From the IMG/VR virus record IMGVR_UViG_3300016474_000294, positions 1 to 39,387 of that record: 39,387 bases of DNA, one strand, 5' to 3'. Below, one piece after another: positions 1 to 5,591 of this stretch. The notes beneath the pieces are model-generated. The model did no database searches and was not told the DNA's origin. It worked only from the letters and a program-made list of their open reading frames with translations. This DNA is from a virus. The position numbers were made by a program, and so were the translations under genes. The first letter of the stretch is position 1. Each line of letters starts with the position of its first letter.

Positions 1-22
1 CCAGCGCCTGCTGCATCAGTTC
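1..22. repeat. Terminal overlap copy 1 (ccagcgcctgctgcatcagttc)
   Basis: Identical to 39366..39387. Consistent with circular assembly closure or terminal redundancy. Confidence 0.9.
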
Positions 23-34
23 GCGGTCGGTCAT
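1..34 (-). CDS. N-terminal codons (MTDRELMQQAL) of the wrap-around gene whose body is 38818..39387
   Basis: The reverse complement of 1..34 reads atg acc gac cgc gaa ctg atg cag cag gcg ctg g. This continues in frame into the MQQALEALEE ORF at the other end. The ATG overlaps the upstream TGA (ATGA). Confidence 0.6.
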   Translation of the reverse strand, partial: MTDRELMQQAL

Positions 35-210
35 TTCTCCACCCCATCGCCACGCAAGTGCATCAACTGAAACTCAGTCCATTTCTGCTGGTAGTGCGCT
101 TGTTCTGATGGCGGTATCCAGCCGTGGTTTTTGCGCCAGTTGACCGTGATGTCGGTGCCGGCGGCAGGCGTGTAGTTGAAGCGGGGATCGTCGAGTCTAG
201 GTGTCACCAC
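31..210 (-). CDS. Hypothetical small protein (59 aa, GTG start), below the ORF-track cutoff
   Basis: Hand translation gives VVTPRLDDPRFNYTPAAGTDITVNWRKNHGWIPPSEQAHYQQKWTEFQLMHLRGDGVEK. GGAG lies 7 nt before the GTG. The stop overlaps the next ATG (ATGA), and the ORF fills the gap in the operon. Confidence 0.35.
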   Translation of the reverse strand: MVTPRLDDPRFNYTPAAGTDITVNWRKNHGWIPPSEQAHYQQKWTEFQLMHLRGDGVEK

Positions 211-231
211 AATGCGTCTCCAAGGGTTGGG

Positions 232-531
232 TCAGTCGTCATATCCTCGTATCGCTGGATACGAGTTCTGCATCGGTCGGTTGTAGGCGGCGGGTCGTTG
301 GGCAGGTGCGGGATTGTGTTGATCGGGAACGGCCACTGCGCGGACGATGAACCAAAGCTTTTCCCGGCTGGCGGTCTTACTGGTCGATTGAACTTTTCCT
401 TCAAGTTGCAACTCCTTCAGCGCTACGCGCGTTCGGTTGGGGTCGATCAGATAATGGTTGGCGATGGCTCGTGCGGTCACGGGTCGTTTGTGCGTGCGCA
501 GGTAGGTTTCGACCTTCTCTTTTACGATCAT
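232..531 (-). CDS. Small winged-helix-like DNA-binding protein (FaeA-like N-terminus), hypothetical
   Basis: The 99-aa ORF has N-terminus KEKVETYLRTHKRPVTARAIANHYLIDPNRTRVALKELQLEGKV, resembling a wHTH. ATGA overlap with the upstream gene. Confidence 0.6.
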   Translation of the reverse strand: MIVKEKVETYLRTHKRPVTARAIANHYLIDPNRTRVALKELQLEGKVQSTSKTASREKLWFIVRAVAVPDQHNPAPAQRPAAYNRPMQNSYPAIRGYDD

Positions 532-923
532 GGTTTCGGTTGTTTTGGTTGGCGTCGTTCAATCTCGCGGTTGATGTACCAAGCCGCTTTCTTCAGGTCT
601 TCGATGGCGTCAGCCTTAAGATCGGCGCGCCAGATGTATTTGACCGCGTTGCCGAGGCAGAACGACATGTGCTCGGTGATCTGGATGCACTCCACGCCTG
701 ATGGATGCTGCGTGTAATGGCTTGGATGATTGACCGGATCGGCAGCAATGCGGCGCTGCGCTTCCCATGTCTCCCATGCCTCGTCTTCATATTCGCTGAC
801 AGGCACACTCGGTTGACCGGGTGGATCATCTGTGGCGCGAAATGGAATGCTCCAGTTGTCAATCTGGCCCGCAGAAAAACGGGACTGTGGACGCCGGGTG
901 GCGTCGTGCTCCGGATTTGCCAT
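528..923 (-). CDS. DUF3310-family phage protein
   Basis: Carries the HPSHY...GVECI...GNAVKYIWRADLK...DLKKAAWY motif string typical of DUF3310. Confidence 0.75.
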   Translation of the reverse strand: MANPEHDATRRPQSRFSAGQIDNWSIPFRATDDPPGQPSVPVSEYEDEAWETWEAQRRIAADPVNHPSHYTQHPSGVECIQITEHMSFCLGNAVKYIWRADLKADAIEDLKKAAWYINREIERRQPKQPKP

Positions 924-926
924 GGG

Positions 927-1451
927 TTACCCCTGTGAGATTGCGAAAAGACCGTAAAGGGCGATGAGCACGGCTTCGGCCACCCCATCATCCTTCACGC
1001 GTGAGAAACGCTGTGCGTGTTTCGGGTAGATGCTCGCTGCGATCCTGCGGGCTTCGGTCTTGGTGTCGGCCTTCGTCTCGTCCTCGGCCCGCTTGATGCC
1101 GTGAACGGATTTCCACGTCGCCGGGGCCACAAGCTGAAAGGGCACACGGTGGGCGTGCAGGATGCCGTGGACGAGGCCACAGTTGATCCCGAACTGAAAC
1201 TGGCCTGCTTGACGCGGCCGCGATGAGACGGCTTCCACAAAGCCGGTTGCGCCAAACCCTGCCCGCTTCAACTGGTCGGCCAGCGTCGGGCCGTCGATCT
1301 GCGTGGACGCCTTGCTGCGGCGCTTGATGGTGACGATGGGCATGGGCTGCGCATCCACCAGCGCGCCTTTCGCATCAACCAAGGCCCAGCCGCCTGACAG
1401 GCCGGGATCGACGCCGAGCACTAGCGGATAGGTGGGGCTGGGCGCGTTCAT
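927..1451 (-). CDS. RuvC-like Holliday junction resolvase
   Basis: GVDPGLSGG (catalytic Asp), FVEAV and DDGVAEAVLIA acidic motifs; 174 aa. Confidence 0.8.
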   Translation of the reverse strand: MNAPSPTYPLVLGVDPGLSGGWALVDAKGALVDAQPMPIVTIKRRSKASTQIDGPTLADQLKRAGFGATGFVEAVSSRPRQAGQFQFGINCGLVHGILHAHRVPFQLVAPATWKSVHGIKRAEDETKADTKTEARRIAASIYPKHAQRFSRVKDDGVAEAVLIALYGLFAISQG

Positions 1452-1648
1452 TCGGACAAACGCTCGCGGGCTTCAGCGCAAATGGCGCGGATCGACTCCA
1501 GCGTCGCCAGCGGGTCGCCGTCGTACTTGAGGGCGGAACGAGCGGCTGCGTCGATCTGGGCGATTGCGCCGAGCAAATCGAGCGCGTGGATCGCAGCGTG
1601 CGCCGCAAGCTTTTCGTCGTTTTTGAATGTGAGAGTGATTGTGGGCAT
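1448..1648 (-). CDS. Hypothetical protein (66 aa)
   Basis: The ORF fits the operon, with an ATGA overlap onto the resolvase start. Confidence 0.55.
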   Translation of the reverse strand: MPTITLTFKNDEKLAAHAAIHALDLLGAIAQIDAAARSALKYDGDPLATLESIRAICAEARERLSE

Positions 1649-1660
1649 GGGGGCGCTCGA

Positions 1661-1993
1661 TCAGGTCAACAAATCCGCCAGCGACTTGCGCGTGTAGCCG
1701 CGCTTGACCGGCTCGCGGGTGTCGTCGTCCCACTTGATTGTCTCGGGCACCCAGTCCTCGGGGCGCAGCAGGATGCCTTCCAGACGCGCCACGCCTTTGA
1801 TCTTCTCGATCTGCGCTGACGGGATCAAACCGTCTGAGCCATAGGGCCGGGTGTATTGCCAGCGGTAGACCGTGATGCGGCTCACGCCGATCGCCCGGGC
1901 GAGTTTGGCCTCGCTGCCGAAGCGGGCCACGATCTTGGCCACTTGGTTGTAGGTGGGGCAGCCATAACGGCCGGCGTTACGTTTGTGGGGCAT
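1661..1993 (-). CDS. Cro/YdaS-like HTH regulator (first gene of the leftward early operon)
   Basis: HTH segment SEAKLARAIGVSRITVYRWQ; divergent from the CI-like gene. Confidence 0.7.
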   Translation of the reverse strand: MPHKRNAGRYGCPTYNQVAKIVARFGSEAKLARAIGVSRITVYRWQYTRPYGSDGLIPSAQIEKIKGVARLEGILLRPEDWVPETIKWDDDTREPVKRGYTRKSLADLLT

Positions 1994-2152
1994 GGTGGTT
2001 GGTAGCGGTCGCGCTTTGGTTCGTTAACGATTGTTGCGATATTGCCGTGTCGTTGCGGTTAACACAATAGGCGCGCCATTGATTTTTTGCATCAGCCTCG
2101 CTGAATCAATAGTTTGGCTTGCTATCCACAGCAGTGATTGTTACTGTAACAA
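1994..2152. promoter_or_regulatory. Divergent immunity-switch control region with several palindromes
   Basis: TCGTTAACGA (2021-2030); GTTGCGAT (2033-2040); ATTGATT-N18-AATCAAT (2079-2110); TTGTTAC-T-GTAACAA (2138-2152). Candidate leftward promoter TTGTGT-17-CAATAT (2039-2067). Candidate rightward promoter TTGCAT-17-TAGTTT (2087-2115). Confidence 0.5.
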
Positions 2153-2841
2153 TGAGGGAGATTGACAGGGGAGATCAAACCGTGAACACTGAAGTCGTCG
2201 AACGGGTAGACACCCGGTGGTTTCAAGATCGGCTTGCCGACAAGCGATTGTCCCAACGCCAGCTTGCAGCCCGGATGAATTTGGACCCGGCTGCGGTGAG
2301 CTTGATGTTGCGTGGGCGTAGAAAGATGAGCGCGGCCGAGGCCGCCGAGATTGCAAGGTATTTGGGCGTCGAGGTCGACGACGTGCTGCACCACGCGGGC
2401 GTGCAGATACAAACGCACGCAACCAGCTACCCGTATAAGCCAAGCGACTTAGGCGAGCCGCGCTACCAAGCGCACGGCCTGTTGAACAAAGCGCCAGCCG
2501 CCGAGGGCTTGAAGCTGACATCCGAGGAACTGGAGGCGGTGCTCAACAGCAGCCCGTTTGATGGCGTGTTGAAGCACAAGATCGACGACGCCGTTAATTT
2601 GTACGTCGCCAGCCGCTTGGGCGCGCTAGACAAAGGCGAAGCGAAGAAAACGTGGGGGCTGCTCAAGGCCAACCTCGGCGATGTCTCGGCCAAGGGCGAA
2701 GGCGTTGTTACGGAAATGCTGGATATGCCCGTGCCGCTGTCGGATGGCACGGTGGCGCAATTGCGCTTGCCGAAGCGGCTGACCAAAGCCGACGCCGAAC
2801 GGATTGCTGCGCTGGTGACGGCTTTTGCGGTCGAGGGCTAG
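2152..2841 (+). CDS. CI-like XRE-family repressor with a non-S24 C-terminal domain
   Basis: HTH LSQRQLAARMNLDPAAVSLMLRGRRKMS. The start is ambiguous: ATG 2152 has no SD (possibly leaderless), while GTG 2182 has GGGGAG 8 nt upstream. The ORF-track start is 2119. Confidence 0.75.
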   Translation: MREIDRGDQTVNTEVVERVDTRWFQDRLADKRLSQRQLAARMNLDPAAVSLMLRGRRKMSAAEAAEIARYLGVEVDDVLHHAGVQIQTHATSYPYKPSDLGEPRYQAHGLLNKAPAAEGLKLTSEELEAVLNSSPFDGVLKHKIDDAVNLYVASRLGALDKGEAKKTWGLLKANLGDVSAKGEGVVTEMLDMPVPLSDGTVAQLRLPKRLTKADAERIAALVTAFAVEG

Positions 2842-2859
2842 GGTTTACCCTCGGTTTTT
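2832..2859 (+). terminator. Intrinsic terminator after the repressor gene
   Basis: CGAGGG (2832-2837) pairs with CCCTCG (2848-2853) and is followed by GTTTTT. Confidence 0.5.
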
Positions 2860-3030
2860 GACCGGCCAAGGCGGCGAAACTGTTCCAAATCAGTAGAAAA
2901 AAGAGAGCGGGAAAACGGGCTAGAACAGCGCAAACCCAGCATCCATGCGGGTTTGCGGGCGATTGCTCTGGTTTCTGGTTCTGTTTGGTGTTTTGGATTG
3001 GCAAAGAAAATATACGCCGAGGCGTAGGAT

Positions 3031-3054
3031 GTTGTTACGCTGTACGTTGTTACG
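3031..3054. repeat. Direct repeat GTTGTTACG x2
   Basis: Copies at 3031-3039 and 3046-3054. They share TTGTTAC with the palindrome at 2138-2152. Confidence 0.7.
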
Positions 3055-3060
3055 GGTTGC

Positions 3061-3146
3061 TTATGTTTGTATATGTATATGATCTATCTATTTATTTAGA
3101 ATAATAGAACATACATATATAAGTTATTGATTAATAAAGGTTTTTT
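3061..3146. other. Extreme AT-rich island (candidate DNA unwinding element) with an IHF-consensus match
   Basis: About 85 nt are almost devoid of G/C in a GC-rich genome. TAAGTTATTGATT (3120-3132) fits YAANNNNTTGATW. Confidence 0.6.
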
Positions 3147-3187
3147 GTGTTCTACGGGTGTTCTGAAGGGTGTTCTACGTTCTGAAA
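3147..3187. repeat. Phased iteron-like repeats GTGTTCT x3 plus CGTTCTGAA
   Basis: Copies at 3147-3153, 3158-3164 and 3170-3176, spaced 11-12 bp, directly abutting the AT island. Confidence 0.7.
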
Positions 3188-3254
3188 TGATTTCGGATGA
3201 CGCCGAGTGCTGCGAACCCGGGGCGGTGGCCGGCTGGCGTGGCGTTTCTCTCCC

Positions 3255-3288
3255 GCTGGCCGGGGTGTAGTGCTGGCCGGGGTGTAGT
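3255..3288. repeat. Perfect tandem duplication of the 17-mer GCTGGCCGGGGTGTAGT
   Basis: 3255-3271 equals 3272-3288. Confidence 0.9.
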
Positions 3289-3380
3289 GTGTGGCGCGTC
3301 GACAGGCTGGCGGGTCGATCGCGGGACCGGCGAGGCGATCGGCGGGCATGGTCGACCGGCTCCGCGTGCTTCAGCCGGCC

Positions 3381-3406
3381 AAGCAAAAGCCCGCGCACGG
3401 CGGGCT
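3381..3406 (-). terminator. Intrinsic terminator ending the ArdC-like operon
   Basis: The minus strand reads AGCCCGC-cgtgc-GCGGGCT followed by TTTGCTT, just after the stop at 3426. Confidence 0.6.
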
Positions 3407-3425
3407 AGATTGACCGGGCTTCGAA

Positions 3426-3554
3426 CTAGCGGCCGATCGTGAATAACGCCGCGATCAAACCCGGGACAAGGGCGACGGCTGCGAGCCGATCGGGCAGCGC
3501 GAACGCTGCGCCGAAACCGGCCGCCATGAGGACGAGGGCGAAGAGTGCGCGCAT
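3426..3554 (-). CDS. 42-aa hydrophobic membrane peptide (not in the ORF track)
   Basis: Hand translation gives MRALFALVLMAAGFGAAFALPDRLAAVALVPGLIAALFTIGR. GGAGG lies 8 nt upstream. The start cassette is duplicated from the upstream gene. Confidence 0.5.
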   Translation of the reverse strand: MRALFALVLMAAGFGAAFALPDRLAAVALVPGLIAALFTIGR

Positions 3555-3557
3555 GGT

Positions 3558-3761
3558 TCAAACCTCCGGAGTGTCGGCAACGCGTAGATCGAAGAACGTC
3601 CAGCAGCCGCACGCGCGGCAGCAGAAAGCCCATCGGCCGCGCCCGGGCGGATAGCCTTTATCTTCGAGGCGCGCATCGCCAAAGGGCTTCAGACAGACAA
3701 AACAGCCGCGCGAACGCGCGGCCGTTTCGGTTTCATAGAGCGGGAAAGCGGGGCCGCGCAT
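3558..3761 (-). CDS. Cys-rich (putative zinc-binding) 67-aa protein
   Basis: CFVC...CCRACGC pattern. The start cassette GGAAGTTTGAACCATG overlaps the ArdC-like stop. Confidence 0.6.
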   Translation of the reverse strand: MRGPAFPLYETETAARSRGCFVCLKPFGDARLEDKGYPPGRGRWAFCCRACGCWTFFDLRVADTPEV

Positions 3762-3764
3762 GGT

Positions 3765-4550
3765 TCAAACTTCCGCGCTCGCGAGCTTGCCCGCTTTGAG
3801 GATTTTCTCGGCCGCGCCGAATATGCGCTGCGCGGTTTTGTCCGCGATCGTGTTACCGGCGAGCCACGATTGAATGTAGCCTCGGCACTCATCAAGCCCG
3901 GGCAGCCCAAGGATCGCGCAGCAGATATAGGCGACGCTTTCGGCTTCCACTTCGCGCACGTCCCGGGGCGTGCGGTCGTCATCGTGGAAGGCTTGTTCGG
4001 CAGTGTGGCCGAGGACGACGTGCGCAAGCTCATGGAAGCGCGTTTTGTGCGGCAGCGCTGCAACCGGGTTGATAGCGATCGATCGGTGTAGCGCGTAGCC
4101 TTGGCAATTGCCGCTCGCGTGCTCGAAACGCTCTTCGGTGATTTCGAGCGCGGCCAGTGCAAGCGCTGCGTCCCACTCCGGCGAGCGTGCTTCGTGTTTG
4201 AAGTCCTCGCCTTCAGTCTGCGACAGCGCGAACCAGTTATTGCGAAGCACGAAGGCTTGGAAGCATTCGCCCGTGGCGTCGCCGTTCTCGTCTTTCTTGT
4301 TGATGGTCACGGGCATGCAAAGCTGAAGCGCCTTTTCGCCTTTCTTCACGTTGCGGCCGAGCGCTTGCCAGCGCTTAAACGTGGCGAGCGGGCCGAGCGG
4401 GATTTCACGCGCAGCGCATTGCGAGTAAGCGAGTAGCTGATTGCCGATGCTGTAGTTATGGAAGGCGCTGTACGCGTCCGAGATGATCCCGGGTTGATTG
4501 ACAGCGTCCGACAGCAGCGCGGACCAGTTGACGGTTTTCTGAGCGTTCAT
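3765..4550 (-). CDS. ardC: ArdC-like protein: N-terminal ssDNA-binding (DUF1738-like) domain plus C-terminal HExxH metalloprotease
   Basis: FHNYSIGNQLLAYSQ N-domain motif and HELAHVVLGH zincin motif. Likely ATG at 4550 (MNAQKT, AAAGG 7 nt upstream). The ORF track starts at TTG 4565. Confidence 0.75.
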   Translation of the reverse strand: MNAQKTVNWSALLSDAVNQPGIISDAYSAFHNYSIGNQLLAYSQCAAREIPLGPLATFKRWQALGRNVKKGEKALQLCMPVTINKKDENGDATGECFQAFVLRNNWFALSQTEGEDFKHEARSPEWDAALALAALEITEERFEHASGNCQGYALHRSIAINPVAALPHKTRFHELAHVVLGHTAEQAFHDDDRTPRDVREVEAESVAYICCAILGLPGLDECRGYIQSWLAGNTIADKTAQRIFGAAEKILKAGKLASAEV

Positions 4551-4559
4551 GGTGTTGCC

Positions 4560-4594
4560 TTTCAAGGTTTCGATGTTTCAAGGTTTCAAGGTTG
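4560..4594. repeat. TTTCAAGGTT x3 in the leader of the ArdC-like gene
   Basis: Copies at 4560-4569, 4576-4585 and 4585-4594. Confidence 0.85.
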
Positions 4595-4634
4595 CGATTT
4601 TCACAATACTGCGCCCGAAGGCGCGCCGAGCGGG

Positions 4635-4859
4635 TTAGATTTCAGCGTATCGGCCAGCGTCATATTCGGCGAGCACGGCCGGCCCGACTTGCGACAACTG
4701 GAAAGCCATCAGAGTTACCGCGCCAGCGATCCCGCGCGCTTCGTCTTCAAACGTCACGCGCACGTCGGCAATCGGATCGTCTGGCGTGGCGGGCGCTGTA
4801 ATGGTGAGAACTTGCGGCGTGCCGTAATCGCGGCCGGTTGCGTAGCGGATGGTTTTCAT
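4635..4859 (-). CDS. Hypothetical protein (74 aa), first gene of the ArdC-like operon
   Basis: ORF with an AAGGAAAC SD-like leader. The start context aacaccATG is shared with the ArdC-like gene. Confidence 0.6.
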   Translation of the reverse strand: MKTIRYATGRDYGTPQVLTITAPATPDDPIADVRVTFEDEARGIAGAVTLMAFQLSQVGPAVLAEYDAGRYAEI

Positions 4860-4919
4860 GGTGTTTCCTTGTGTTGAGGTTTTTGTGTTTCGTGTTTCGT
4901 TTGCGGGTACTGCGCCTTC

Positions 4920-4948
4920 ATTTTATCGCCTTGTTACGAAAATCGCAA
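4920..4948 (-). promoter_or_regulatory. Sigma70-type promoter of the ArdC-like operon
   Basis: The minus strand reads TTGCGA, a 17-nt spacer, then TAAAAT (-35 at 4943-4948, -10 at 4920-4925). Confidence 0.55.
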
Positions 4949-4955
4949 CATCAAA

Positions 4956-4970
4956 CGCAACGCCGTTGCG
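4956..4970. promoter_or_regulatory. Perfect palindrome CGCAACG-C-CGTTGCG in the divergent control region
   Basis: Read directly from the sequence. Flanked by a third GTTGCG copy at 4942-4949. Confidence 0.7.
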
Positions 4971-5040
4971 ATGATATTTTCTAATCGGCCATTCGGGCGC
5001 TATAGTCTCCGGCAATCAAACCGACCGAAGGCCGTCGCCT

Positions 5041-5553
5041 ATGTCAGCAACCGAACTCCTGCCGAGATCGCAGGCTGTCTACCAAGTGATCGAGCGCGTA
5101 CTCGAAGGAACGTCGCTTCGAGACGCGATCAAAAACACGGGATTGTCGCCTCGCACGTTCGCGCTGCAATTGCAGCAGGACCGTGAGGCAGCGATTGCCT
5201 ATGCTCGCGCCCAAGAAATGCGCGCCGACCTGCTGGCCGATGAGGTGATCAGCATCGCCGACAATGAGGAAGACGCGGCGAAGGCGCGCAACCAAATCAC
5301 GGCCCGCCAATGGCTCGCTTCGAAGCTCAACACGAAGCGCTACGGCGATCGCATCGACCTGAACGTAACGCAGACGGTCGACATTGGCGCGACACTGGCC
5401 GAAGCCCGAGCGCGCGTGCTTCCAGCGCGCTTCCAGCAAGATATTGAAGACGCGCAAATCATTGATGCACAAGCGGAAAATGGCACAAAGCCAAGCGATA
5501 ATAAATCGCTAACCGGCCCGGGTTCCGATTCCGAACCCGACATTTTCAGTTGA
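5041..5553 (+). CDS. terS: Terminase small subunit
   Basis: RQWLASKLNTKRYGDR motif typical of phage TerS; lies upstream of terL. Confidence 0.7.
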   Translation: MSATELLPRSQAVYQVIERVLEGTSLRDAIKNTGLSPRTFALQLQQDREAAIAYARAQEMRADLLADEVISIADNEEDAAKARNQITARQWLASKLNTKRYGDRIDLNVTQTVDIGATLAEARARVLPARFQQDIEDAQIIDAQAENGTKPSDNKSLTGPGSDSEPDIFS

Positions 5554-5569
5554 TGGGACCCTTTTCGCC

Positions 5570-5591
5570 GGGAGGGGGTGGGGGGCGGGGG
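5570..5591 (+). other. Canonical G-quadruplex motif GGG-A-GGGGG-T-GGGGGG-C-GGGGG
   Basis: Four G-runs of at least 3 with 1-nt loops on the sense strand, followed by a GGGGG-TG-CCCCC hairpin. Confidence 0.6.

Noticed and set aside
1-22. The 22-nt terminal repeat as att sites or a direct terminal repeat of a linear element.
   Set aside because: A coding sequence reads straight through the join, and the true attP lies at 29845-29894. The repeat is most simply a circular-closure overlap, and physical ends cannot be inferred from it.
124-717. 197-aa plus-strand ORF over the early leftward genes.
   Set aside because: It overlaps three minus-strand genes joined by ATGA couplings, including a clear DUF3310 match. 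Its composition looks like an out-of-frame GC-rich translation.
2122-2130. DnaA-box-like CTATCCACA (8 of 9 match to TTATCCACA) in the cro/cI intergenic region.
   Set aside because: It is a single copy with a rough chance expectation near 0.6 per genome, and no second box or adjacent AT-rich DUE is present. Noted, but not enough to call.
3152-3633. ORFs of 65-152 aa (both strands) across the gene-free zone 2842-3425.
   Set aside because: The translations are Arg/Pro/Ala-rich junk with no RBS. They run through the tandem repeat and terminator hairpins, so the region is better explained as non-coding.
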